From: an uncultured Burkholderiales bacterium
GTDB lineage: Bacteria; Pseudomonadota; Gammaproteobacteria; Burkholderiales; SHXO01
Assembly (NCBI GenBank): GCA_964523885.1
Contig: CAZFYX010000072.1
Location: forward strand, 9,240-73,239
Direction of reading: 5' to 3'
DNA: 64,000 nt
In this document: in pieces, positions 56,206 to 64,000 of the stretch
How positions within the stretch are numbered: the stretch's first letter is position 1
Layout: each line of letters starts with the position of its first letter
Notes under the pieces: generated by a model
Seen by the model: only the letters and a program-made list of their open reading frames with translations
What the model was told of the DNA's origin: nothing
Databases searched by the model: none
Position numbers and translations under genes: made by a program

Positions 56206-56233
56206 AGGCAGCCTTCGGGCTGCCTCTTTTTTT
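56206..56233 (+). terminator. Rho-independent terminator of the puf operon
   Basis: AGGCAGCC-TTCG-GGCTGCCT followed by CTTTTTTT, 27 nt after the pufC stop. Confidence 0.85.
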
Positions 56234-56258
56234 GTGCCGGCCGGGTATAGTCGGCGGC

Positions 56259-56927
56259 ATGCACTCCGAGAGCAGTTCCACCGCCGCTCCCGCGATCGCG
56301 GGCTTTGCCGACGCCATGCGCGAGCGCACCCGGCAGCTGCATGCACGGGCCGAGCGTTCCGGGGTGATCCGTGCGGTGCTGCAGGGGACGGCGCACCCCC
56401 TGGCGTACGCGCTCCTGCTGCGCAACCTGCTGCCGGCGTACCGGGCGCTGGAGCTCGGACTCGAGCGCAATGCAGCCGCCTTGGGCGAGCTCGCGCAACC
56501 CGGCGTATTCCGCGCAACCCGCATCGAGCATGATCTCGCCGCCCTCTGCGGGCCGGCATGGCGCGGCCTCGCGCTCCTGCCGGCCGGCGCCCGCTACGCC
56601 GCGCGTGTCGCCACCGTCGCCGCGCACTCCGACGCGCGACTTGCTGCGCACGCCTACGTGCGGCTGCTCGGCGACCTGAACGGGGGACAACTGATGCGCA
56701 ACGCCCTGGCACGCGGGCTCCGGCTGCCGACCGCAGCGCTGTCGTTCTATGAGTTCCCGGGGAGTGCCGAGCCGGCCGACCTTCGCCGCAGGTATCGCGC
56801 GGCGTTCGATCGACTGGATCTAAGCGCGGAGTCGCGCGAGCGCGCCCTGGCCGAGGCCGAGCTCGCATTCGAGCTCAACATCGCCGTGTCGGAATCGGTC
56901 GCGCGCGCGGTGCCGCCGAAGGCCTGA
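56259..56927 (+). CDS. bphO: Heme oxygenase (biliverdin-producing, BphO-type)
   Basis: Frame of ORF 56232..56927, with ATG at 56259. MRERTRQLHARAERSGVIRAVLQG and YVRLLGDLNGGQ are heme-oxygenase-family motifs. Convergent with bphP. Confidence 0.8.
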   Translation: MHSESSSTAAPAIAGFADAMRERTRQLHARAERSGVIRAVLQGTAHPLAYALLLRNLLPAYRALELGLERNAAALGELAQPGVFRATRIEHDLAALCGPAWRGLALLPAGARYAARVATVAAHSDARLAAHAYVRLLGDLNGGQLMRNALARGLRLPTAALSFYEFPGSAEPADLRRRYRAAFDRLDLSAESRERALAEAELAFELNIAVSESVARAVPPKA

Positions 56928-56936
56928 GCGCGCCGG

Positions 56937-59129
56937 CTACCTGCCGGGTTCGCGGCCCGTATCGTTGCCTGCCGAGTGCCAGATCAGCAGCTGCAGCAGC
57001 TTTGCGGTGCGGTTCACCGAGTTGCGCACGCTGTCCAGCGCCTCCGGCATGCACGCCGGATCCACCCCGTCGGTGATCTCGAGCGCTGCGAGCTGCGCAT
57101 TATTCACCACCGAAGCGAGCAGGTTGCGGTAGACCAGGTCGGCCTTCGAATCGAGCGGCACACTCATCACGCGATGCCGATCGATGATGTCCTCCTGGAA
57201 ACGGCGCCGCGCGGCGTCCGCTGCCTTGCGCTCGGTGAGATCGGTGAACAGCAGGACGAAGCCGAGCGCGCGCTCGGCGGACGCGAGCACCGGATCGCCG
57301 CGGACCAGCAGCGGGCGCGCGCTGTCGCCCTGCACCAGGCCGACTTCGGCGCGCCACGGCCGGCGCTGGCGCTGCAGCTCGCGCAGGCTGCGGCGCACCT
57401 CCGTCGACCTGGTGAACAGCGGCGCGAGCTCGTCGAGCTTGCGCGGCTGCGGATCACTGCCGGCGAGCAGCTGCTGGAATGCAGCATTCATGACCAGGAT
57501 CGCGCCGTCCGCGTCCGCGATGATGACCGGTTGGTCCGAACCCCGGACCTGGCGCGAGGCCTGGGCCACCTGGTCCTGCGCGATCAACATGCGTACCGAG
57601 CGGAACTGCAGCACCACGTCGGACACCGATTCGCCGATGAGCCGCGCGGTCGCGAGATCCGCGGGCGTCCATGGATCGGCAGTGCCTTCGACCACCTGAT
57701 GCCACTGCGCGAAGGACCGGCGCGGTGATAGCTGGGTGGGATCGTTGCCGATGGTGAAGGCCTTGAACGGGTTGCCGCCCCAGGTCACGGTACGCACCCG
57801 CTCGGGCCTGAACCAGAGCAGGTATTCACCCGGCGAAGCCGACACGCGGGTGGCCAGCACGCCGCTCGCCATCGGCGTGAGGCTGGCGAACCGTGCCTCG
57901 TCACGGCCCAGCGACGAGGTCCAGATCAGCGGTGCACTCGAGCGGGTGTCGAGCCAGCGGCCGAGATCGCGCAGCTCGGCGGTGCCGGGTACCTCGCCCG
58001 CGGTGAGGATGGTGCCGTCGAACAGCAGCGCGGCGCCGCTGGCGTCGACCGGCTGCAGCACGGAAGCGGTGCCGTCGAACAGCGCAGTACGCCAGTCGCC
58101 CTCGCGGCCGATGGCCTCGATCATGCGCTGCTCGAGCCGGCGGACCGACAGCTCGGCCTGCGCCTGGGCGAAGCTCTCCAGCGCAGCGACGCGGGTGGCC
58201 ACGGCCTCGGCCAGCAGCTCGCACAGGGCGCGGATCTCGTAGTGCACGAAGCGCGGCACGTAATGGTGGCAGGCGATCAGGCCCCACAGCTTGCCGTTGA
58301 CCATGAGCGAGGCGACGAGCGTCGCGCACACGCCCATGTTCTCGAGATACTGGATGTGGATCGGCGACATGCTGCGCAGGAAGCACAGCGACATGTCCAG
58401 GCCCTGCCCGCTCAGCGGCGAGGCAGACGGGGACAATGGAACCTGCTCCGCGTTCACGTCGACCAGCACGCGGACCCGGTTGCGCTCGTAGAGTCGGCGG
58501 GCGATCTGCGGAATGTCGGAGGCCGGGTAGCGATTGCCGAGGTAGGGCTCGAGCCGCTGCTCGCGCCGCTCGGAGAACACCTCGCCATGCCCCTCGTCGT
58601 CGAAGCGGTAGACCATCACCCGGTCATAGCCGATGAGGTCCTTGAACAGCCGCGCGGTCTCGTCGCCCAGGGCACGCAGGGAGGTGCACGTGAGGATCGC
58701 CTGCAGCGCGGATTCCACGTGCCGCGACACCTCGACACAGGGCCCGGCGCGCTCCAGTTCGATGAGCAGGCCGCCGCCGGCGGGGCGGTGGATCAGTGCG
58801 TCGTACTCCGCGTCGGCGGGGCCGATCCGGCAGCGCACGGCGATGGGAATGGCTTCCAGAGCGTCCTGCAGGCGTGGCTGGATGCGCTCCGCGAGGTTGC
58901 CCTTCAGATCCTTAAGGCGCATCCCCAGCACCTGGCCCTCGAGGGCCAGGAAGGCGGCGGCGTTCTCGCTCGCCTGCACGATCACCTGGTCGGCTTCGCG
59001 CACGAGCAGCAGGGCGCCATGCGGCTGGATCGAGCCGGCGAACTGGATCTGCTCGCGCTCGCAGTTGGACAGGTCCGCCTGTCCGAAGGCGGGGGCCGGA
59101 TGCGCAGCCTGGGTGTCCCGGGTGTTCAC
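56937..59129 (-). CDS. bphP: Bacteriophytochrome, PAS-GAF-PHY plus C-terminal PAS and short helical output; no histidine-kinase ATPase domain
   Basis: 730 aa. The biliverdin Cys context is DLSNCEREQIQFAGSIQPHG. The GAF region has DIPQIARRLY and RSMSPIHIQYLENMG. The C-terminus ends about 80 aa after a PAS domain, with no N/G1/G2 boxes. Confidence 0.92.
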   Translation of the reverse strand: MNTRDTQAAHPAPAFGQADLSNCEREQIQFAGSIQPHGALLLVREADQVIVQASENAAAFLALEGQVLGMRLKDLKGNLAERIQPRLQDALEAIPIAVRCRIGPADAEYDALIHRPAGGGLLIELERAGPCVEVSRHVESALQAILTCTSLRALGDETARLFKDLIGYDRVMVYRFDDEGHGEVFSERREQRLEPYLGNRYPASDIPQIARRLYERNRVRVLVDVNAEQVPLSPSASPLSGQGLDMSLCFLRSMSPIHIQYLENMGVCATLVASLMVNGKLWGLIACHHYVPRFVHYEIRALCELLAEAVATRVAALESFAQAQAELSVRRLEQRMIEAIGREGDWRTALFDGTASVLQPVDASGAALLFDGTILTAGEVPGTAELRDLGRWLDTRSSAPLIWTSSLGRDEARFASLTPMASGVLATRVSASPGEYLLWFRPERVRTVTWGGNPFKAFTIGNDPTQLSPRRSFAQWHQVVEGTADPWTPADLATARLIGESVSDVVLQFRSVRMLIAQDQVAQASRQVRGSDQPVIIADADGAILVMNAAFQQLLAGSDPQPRKLDELAPLFTRSTEVRRSLRELQRQRRPWRAEVGLVQGDSARPLLVRGDPVLASAERALGFVLLFTDLTERKAADAARRRFQEDIIDRHRVMSVPLDSKADLVYRNLLASVVNNAQLAALEITDGVDPACMPEALDSVRNSVNRTAKLLQLLIWHSAGNDTGREPGR

Positions 59130-59147
59130 GGCAGCGCGGGGCGGGGG

Positions 59148-60200
59148 TTACTCGGTCCGCGACCCGCTGCGGGCATCTCGCTCCCGGCGATGGCGCGCGA
59201 GCGCTGTCGCCAGGCGGCGCGCGCTGATCCCGAGCAGCTGCGCGGCGCGGACCTTGTCGCCACCGGCGGCCTTCATCGCGCGCGTGATGAAGGCCTGCTC
59301 GTAGAGCTGCACCACTTCGCGTACCAGCGCATCGAGCGATTGCCTGCCTACCCGCGAGTCCAGCAGCCTGGAAGCTCCGGCGTCGAGGGTCGGCGCACCG
59401 TCCTCCTCGCCCAGTTCGCCCAGACCGGTCACGACGTCGCCGATGCTGGCTGGCTGGGCCTTCTCCTGTGCGCCAGCGGAGGCGAGCTGGAGCATGAACA
59501 TGAGCCCGCTCTCTGCCTGCATCAGCGATGCACGCACCAGCCACTGCGAGCGGCGTGGACCGAGGTGCACGAGGATTCCCGGCGAGGTGCCCTGCTCGCG
59601 CACGGTGCGCAGCATGGCCTGCAGCGGGTCGTGATCGGTGGCTGCGACGTCGCCGAGCAGCGGACGGTTGACGAAGTCGGCGCCCTTTGCCAGCTCGAGG
59701 GCGCGCAATGCCGCCGGGTTCGCCTCGACGATGTCGAGCGAGGCCGCGCGCAGCAGCAGCACCGCCTCGCCCGAGGTCTCGAACAGCAGCCGGTAGCGCG
59801 TCTCGATGTCGCGCAGCTTCCAGAAGTCGCGCTCCATCTCGCGCTGCGCGGCAAGGAAGCGCTGCTGCAGGCCAGCCATCGCCTGCAGGTTCTTGCCCAC
59901 GGCGATGAGGCCCGAGCGCCCGCCCAGGCGTACGGTGGTGTATTCGATCAGCAGCTCGAGACCGCTGGGGAAACGCTGCGTCACCTGGCGGAAGGCCGAG
60001 ACGCGCCGCCGGCGCGCGTCCTCCACCATGCGGCGGACCTTGTTGCCGCCGGCATCCGCGACCGTGTCCACCCAGGGCTTGCCGACCCAGTTCTCGAGAC
60101 CCTGGTCGGCCAGCGTGCTGGCCACGCTCACTTCCTGGATCACGCCATCGAGGTTGAGGCGCAGCGTGACATCGGGCTGTGCGATGTTCACAACATTCAT
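59148..60200 (-). CDS. ppsR: PpsR/CrtJ-type photosynthesis repressor, short form (350 aa)
   Basis: It has an N-terminal PAS-like domain, a Q-linker-like helix (LQQRFLAAQREMERDFWKLRDIETRYRLLFE), one PAS domain and a Fis-type HTH (GGDKVRAAQLLGISARRLATAL). It lies 18 bp upstream of bphP on the same strand. Confidence 0.85.
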   Translation of the reverse strand: MNVVNIAQPDVTLRLNLDGVIQEVSVASTLADQGLENWVGKPWVDTVADAGGNKVRRMVEDARRRRVSAFRQVTQRFPSGLELLIEYTTVRLGGRSGLIAVGKNLQAMAGLQQRFLAAQREMERDFWKLRDIETRYRLLFETSGEAVLLLRAASLDIVEANPAALRALELAKGADFVNRPLLGDVAATDHDPLQAMLRTVREQGTSPGILVHLGPRRSQWLVRASLMQAESGLMFMLQLASAGAQEKAQPASIGDVVTGLGELGEEDGAPTLDAGASRLLDSRVGRQSLDALVREVVQLYEQAFITRAMKAAGGDKVRAAQLLGISARRLATALARHRRERDARSGSRTE

Positions 60201-60369
60201 GTTGGCTCAGGTCCCATTGTCATGGACGGTCGGGCGCCCCTTCCGACCCCGAGGCCCATTCTACCCCTCGCACGCCCAAGCGGGCGCCCTTTTCGCGACA
60301 AGTGGGGGTAAGTGCAAGGAATTCAATGCGCCGGATGCGCATTGCGCCGCAATCGCGGCTTTGTCCAGG

Positions 60370-60660
60370 TCAATCCCGGCCGTCGTGCCGGGCGCCGAGG
60401 CGCAGGCGGGGCAACAGGTCAGCGAGGTGGGCGAGAAGGGCGCCGGTCAGGCACAACCCGATCCAGCCCCACCATGCGCCAGCCAGCGCAGCGCGCAGGG
60501 CGAGCAGCAGGAACGCGCCGGACAGGAGGTTGGGCAGAAGGACGGCAAGACGCGGCCCGTGTCCCCTGATGCGTTGCAGCACGATCAGTGCAACGCCCTC
60601 GAGGACGACCAGGGCGAGGATCACGTCGACGACACGCCCGCTGGCGAACAGGCCGGCCAT
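60370..60660 (-). CDS. Hypothetical small membrane protein (about 3 TM), last gene of the bchG-bchP transcription unit
   Basis: 96-aa ORF with strong G/C third-position bias. Hydrophobic segments VVDVILALVVLEGVALIVL, LAVLLPNLLSGAFLLLAL and WIGLCLTGALLAHL. Starts 28 bp after the bchP stop. Confidence 0.5.
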   Translation of the reverse strand: MAGLFASGRVVDVILALVVLEGVALIVLQRIRGHGPRLAVLLPNLLSGAFLLLALRAALAGAWWGWIGLCLTGALLAHLADLLPRLRLGARHDGRD

Positions 60661-60688
60661 GGCTGGCCGATCGCGTGCTGGCCGCGCC

Positions 60689-61873
60689 TTACGGCGCGGC
60701 CAGACCCATCAGGTGGGCGAGGTCCTTGAAGAAGATGCGCACGTGCGCGATGGGTCTGGCGCGCACGAGGCGCTTGTACATGTACGCCTCCCAGGTGAGC
60801 CGCTGCACATCCGGATCGCGGCACATGGTGACGAAGCGCTCGCGCCGCTTGTCGCTGGAGTACCAGAAGCGCTGCATGATGCCGAGGATCCAGAACACCC
60901 GTCCATGCGCGCGCATGAAGCGCTTGCGGGCCGTGGCCAGCGCGCGCGCATCGCCGGTGCGCAGGTATTCGTTCGCGGCCTCGGCGGCAAGGCGCCCGCC
61001 GGTCATCGCATAGTAGATCCCCTCGCCGGAGGCGGGCGCGACCACGCCGGCGGCGTCTCCGGCCAGCACGATGTCGGTGCCGTTGTCCCAGCGCTTGAGC
61101 GGATGGAGCGGAATCGGCGCGCCCTCGCGACGGATGGTCTCGCAGTCCTGCATCCCGGTCTGCCCGCGCAGATCAGCCACCGCGTTGCGCAGCGAGAAGC
61201 CCTTGTGCGCGCTGCCCACGCCGACGCTCGTGGTATCGCCGTGCGGGAAGATCCAGGCGTAGAAGTCCGGGGACAGCTGGCCCTGGTAGTACACGTCGCA
61301 GCGCCGGCCATCGAAGCCGGGAGCGGTGCGGGGCGAGCGGATGATCTCGTGATAGGCGAACACGTAGGGCACCTCGTCGGCACCCGGCACGCACTGGCGC
61401 GCGACCGCCGAGTTGGCGCCGTCCGCGCCGATGATCGTGCGGGCACGCACCTGCTCCGGTGCGCCGCCGCGCGACTGGTAGTGGACCACCGCGGTGCCGT
61501 CGGTATCACGCGTGATCCGCGTGAACGTGCCGGTGCGCCGCGCGGCACCGGCGTCCGCTGCGCGCGTGCGCAGCCACTCGTCGAACACTTCGCGGTCCAC
61601 CATGCCGACGAAGCCGCCGTCGATCGGCATGTCGACCTGCTTGTTCGACGGCGCCACCATCCGCGCCGAGGTGATGCGCGCGACCAGCAGCGAGTCGGGG
61701 ATGTCGAACTCGCGGATGAGCTGCGGCGGAATCGCGCCGCCGCACGGCTTGATGCGACCGGCGCGGTCGAGCAGGAGCACCGAGCGTCCGCTCTTCGCGA
61801 GGTCCTGTGCCGCGGTTGCACCGGCGGGACCGCCGCCGACCACCACTGCGTCGAAGGTCTCGACATCCGACAT
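60689..61873 (-). CDS. bchP: Geranylgeranyl diphosphate/bacteriochlorophyll reductase
   Basis: 394 aa. FAD fold FDAVVVGGGPAGATAA, plus KPCGGAIP and a BchP/ChlP-like remainder. Confidence 0.93.
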   Translation of the reverse strand: MSDVETFDAVVVGGGPAGATAAQDLAKSGRSVLLLDRAGRIKPCGGAIPPQLIREFDIPDSLLVARITSARMVAPSNKQVDMPIDGGFVGMVDREVFDEWLRTRAADAGAARRTGTFTRITRDTDGTAVVHYQSRGGAPEQVRARTIIGADGANSAVARQCVPGADEVPYVFAYHEIIRSPRTAPGFDGRRCDVYYQGQLSPDFYAWIFPHGDTTSVGVGSAHKGFSLRNAVADLRGQTGMQDCETIRREGAPIPLHPLKRWDNGTDIVLAGDAAGVVAPASGEGIYYAMTGGRLAAEAANEYLRTGDARALATARKRFMRAHGRVFWILGIMQRFWYSSDKRRERFVTMCRDPDVQRLTWEAYMYKRLVRARPIAHVRIFFKDLAHLMGLAAP

Positions 61874-61877
61874 TGGT

Positions 61878-63236
61878 TCAGCCTCCCCTCATGGCGCCGG
61901 CGTAGCCATCGTTCGCCGCAGGCGCGGGTCTGGAGCTCGATCCGGGCTGGATCACCGTGATGCGTGCAGCGAGCCACGCGGAAGCCAGGAACATGGCGGC
62001 CTCCACCGCGAACACGCTGCTGTAGGCGGACACCGGCGAGCCCAGCAGCCAACGCGCGAGGTCGCTCGCGAGCGTGCCGAGGAAGCCGCCGACGCCGAAT
62101 GCGATGGCCTGGGCGGCGCCCCACAGGCCCATGCGTACGCCCTCGCGACCGGGGCCGCCGGCGCTGGCGAGCGCCATCATCGAACCGATCGCGGCGACTG
62201 CGAATGCGCCGTTGGCCATCCCGAGCAGGAACACTGTCGCACGCAGCGGCCACGCGGGGCCGACCGGACCGGCTGTCGCCAGGCCGAACAGCGCGAGTGC
62301 CGAGACCAGGCAACCGCCCACGGTCCATGTCCGCAGCGCGCTCACGCGTGACCCGCGGAACACGGTGCCGCTCACCGCGACCAGGATCATCCCCGCCATC
62401 ACGCCGCCGTGCTGCAGCCCGCCCAGCTTGGTCGATTCGCCCGGGGTGAACCCGAACACCGTGCCTGCGAACGGCTCCAGGATCAGGTCCTGCAGGCTGT
62501 AGGCGAGCATCGACAGGAACACGAACACGGTGAAGCGGCGCGCCTGCGCATCGTCCCAGACCTGCGCGAGCGCCTGGCGGAACGACGGCTTGGCCGCACG
62601 CGAGTCCGAGGCCGGCGCGACGGCCGCCCCCGATCCTTCCACGCCGAAAACCGCCACCAGGGTAAGCAGCAGCGCGGCGCCCGCCACGCCGGCACTGACC
62701 GCGACCAGGCGCGCAGGCGAGAAGGGATCGAGCAGGTGGCCGGCCACGCCCGCGGTCATCGCGAAGCCGGCGATCATCATGATCCAGACCACCGTTGCGG
62801 CAGCGGCGCGGCGGTCGGGCTGCACGCGCTTGGCCAGCAGGACCAGCAGGGAGGTTCCGGCAGCGCCGACGCCCACGCCGATCATCGCGAACCCGGCCAC
62901 CGCGAGCGCGATGCCTGCGACGAGGTTGCCGGCCATCCAGGCCGTGCCGGCTGCGGCCGTCACGCCACCCGCGGCGAGCACGGCCATGCCGCCCACGATC
63001 CACGGCGTGCGGCGGCCCCCCACGTCGGAGCCGTGGCCCAGCTTCGGCCGCAGGATCTGCAGCGCGTAGTGCAGGGCGACGAGCAGGCCCGGCACCATCG
63101 CGGGCAGCGCGAGCTCGACGACCATCACCCGGTTCAGCGTGGAGGTCGTGAGCACGACAATTGCGCCGAGCGCGGTCTGCACCAGTCCCAGCCGGACGAT
63201 GCCGAGCCAGCCGAGGAAGGGTTGCTGCGCGCTCAT
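61878..63236 (-). CDS. PucC/LhaA-family (BCD-type MFS) protein typical of the bchG-bchP interval
   Basis: 452 aa with about 12 TM segments. LVQTALGAIVVLTTSTLNRVMVVELALPA and GHGSDVGGRRTPWI are PucC-family motifs. Its start overlaps the bchG stop by 4 nt. Confidence 0.88.
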   Translation of the reverse strand: MSAQQPFLGWLGIVRLGLVQTALGAIVVLTTSTLNRVMVVELALPAMVPGLLVALHYALQILRPKLGHGSDVGGRRTPWIVGGMAVLAAGGVTAAAGTAWMAGNLVAGIALAVAGFAMIGVGVGAAGTSLLVLLAKRVQPDRRAAAATVVWIMMIAGFAMTAGVAGHLLDPFSPARLVAVSAGVAGAALLLTLVAVFGVEGSGAAVAPASDSRAAKPSFRQALAQVWDDAQARRFTVFVFLSMLAYSLQDLILEPFAGTVFGFTPGESTKLGGLQHGGVMAGMILVAVSGTVFRGSRVSALRTWTVGGCLVSALALFGLATAGPVGPAWPLRATVFLLGMANGAFAVAAIGSMMALASAGGPGREGVRMGLWGAAQAIAFGVGGFLGTLASDLARWLLGSPVSAYSSVFAVEAAMFLASAWLAARITVIQPGSSSRPAPAANDGYAGAMRGG

Positions 63237-64000
63237 GCCGCGCCCGCCGCGCGCAGGGCGAACGCACTCACCAGCATCCCCAGCACGTAGAGTGTCACGC
63301 CAGTGGCGTTGTACCAGGGGGCCAGGTCGCGCGGTCGCTGCAGCAGGCGCGCCATCAGGCCCAGCTGCGCGAGCAGCAGCAGCGCGACGGCCAGCGCATG
63401 GCCGGGCCGCTCCCAGCTGTACAACAGCGCGACGACGACGACCTGCGGGAGCGCCATGAAGGCGCAGGCCACGCGGCCTGCGACCTCCGGGCCCAGGCGT
63501 GCGGGCAGCGACCCCACGCCCATCTTGCGATCGCCCTCGATAGACTTGAAGTCGTTCAGGGTCATGATGCCGTGCGCGCCTGCGCTGTACAGCAGCGCCA
63601 GGGCGAACACGCGCGGGTCAGGCGTGCCGCCGCCGGCGATGACCGCGGCCCCGGTGATCCACGGCAATCCTTCGTAGCACAGCGCCACCGCGCTGTTCCC
63701 CCACCAGCCGTTGCGCTTCAGGCGCAGCGGCGGCGCGCTGTAGGCCCAGGCGAGCGCAAGCCCGAAGATCGCCGCGGCCAGTACCAGCGGTCCGAGCGTC
63801 GCGGCGAGCAGAAGCGAGAGCACGGTCCAGGCGATGGCGATGTACAGGCCCCATTGCCCGGGAATGCGGCCGGAAGGGATCGGGCGGTTCGGTTCGTTGA
63901 TGGCGTCGACATGGCGGTCGAACCAGTCATTCACGGCCTGGCTGGTGGCGCACACGAGCGGCCCGGCCAGCGCGACGCCGGCCAGTACGACGGGCCAACT
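63233..64000 (-). CDS. bchG: Bacteriochlorophyll synthase (UbiA prenyltransferase), 5' end outside the window
   Basis: The frame stays open to position 64000; the track start at 63955 is an internal GTG. NDWFDRHVDAINEPNRPIPSGRIP is the UbiA/BchG motif. Confidence 0.9.
   Translation of the reverse strand, partial: SWPVVLAGVALAGPLVCATSQAVNDWFDRHVDAINEPNRPIPSGRIPGQWGLYIAIAWTVLSLLLAATLGPLVLAAAIFGLALAWAYSAPPLRLKRNGWWGNSAVALCYEGLPWITGAAVIAGGGTPDPRVFALALLYSAGAHGIMTLNDFKSIEGDRKMGVGSLPARLGPEVAGRVACAFMALPQVVVVALLYSWERPGHALAVALLLLAQLGLMARLLQRPRDLAPWYNATGVTLYVLGMLVSAFALRAAGAA

Noticed and set aside
60324-60343. Hairpin AATGCGC-CGGAT-GCGCATT upstream of ppsR as a regulatory site
   Set aside because: It is short (7 bp), isolated, and matches no known motif. 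There is no TGT-N12-ACA autoregulatory site in the ppsR upstream region. Support is insufficient.
58242-61960. Plus-strand ORFs 58242..60311 (689 aa) and 60179..61960 (593 aa), and minus-strand ORF 61003..63267 (754 aa)
   Set aside because: They are antisense to or out of frame with bphP, ppsR, bchP and the pucC-like gene.

Overview
This is a visibly very GC-rich proteobacterial chromosome segment; G+C was not computed, but third codon positions in real genes are almost all G/C. About two thirds of the window belongs to a purple-bacterial photosynthesis gene cluster (PGC) that comes in separated blocks. The first block is bchI-bchD-bchO (13.2-17.1 kb). About 13 kb of unrelated accessory genes follow (17.1-30.0 kb), partly AT-richer by eye. 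Next is a red-type Calvin-cycle operon, cbbR<>cbbL-cbbS-rpe-cbbX-cbbF-cbbP (30.0-36.9 kb), then dxs. After that come crtI-crtB and crtC-crtD<>crtE-crtF-bchC-bchX-bchY-bchZ-pufB-pufA-pufL-pufM-pufC (39.4-56.2 kb), a regulatory module bphO><bphP-ppsR, and bchG-pucC-like-bchP-orf96 (56.3-64.0 kb; bchG is cut by the window edge). The left 13 kb carries tex, a Rieske oxygenase, a hemerythrin, an esterase, a Moco/FNR oxidoreductase pair and a PA2778/PA2779 pair. Paired TGT-N12-ACA (PpsR/CrtJ-type) operators lie in front of crtI, between crtD and crtE, and in front of bchC. Intergenic DNA carries a REP/MITE-like hairpin repeat family, a 137-bp palindrome made of tandem 9-mers, and three 30-bp tandem hairpin units that start at the crtB stop codon. 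The most unusual observations are these. (1) PufC, the RC tetrahaem cytochrome, has an extra C-terminal OmpA/MotB-like domain. (2) A short, cysteine-free PpsR apparently lacks PAS2 and sits next to a kinase-less bacteriophytochrome and a heme oxygenase. (3) A 925-aa protein fuses an aroyl-CoA-type FAD monooxygenase to a benzoate-CoA-ligase-type enzyme. (4) A Calvin-cycle operon lies inside the PGC. (5) Three PEP-CTERM-tailed proteins occur together with no exosortase in view. (6) An untracked 45-codon membrane ORF lies in frame with crtB behind three UGA-plus-hairpin units. No rRNA, tRNA, CRISPR array, transposase or integrase was recognised. All family calls rest on reading motifs in the supplied translations and sequence by eye; no database search or computation was possible.
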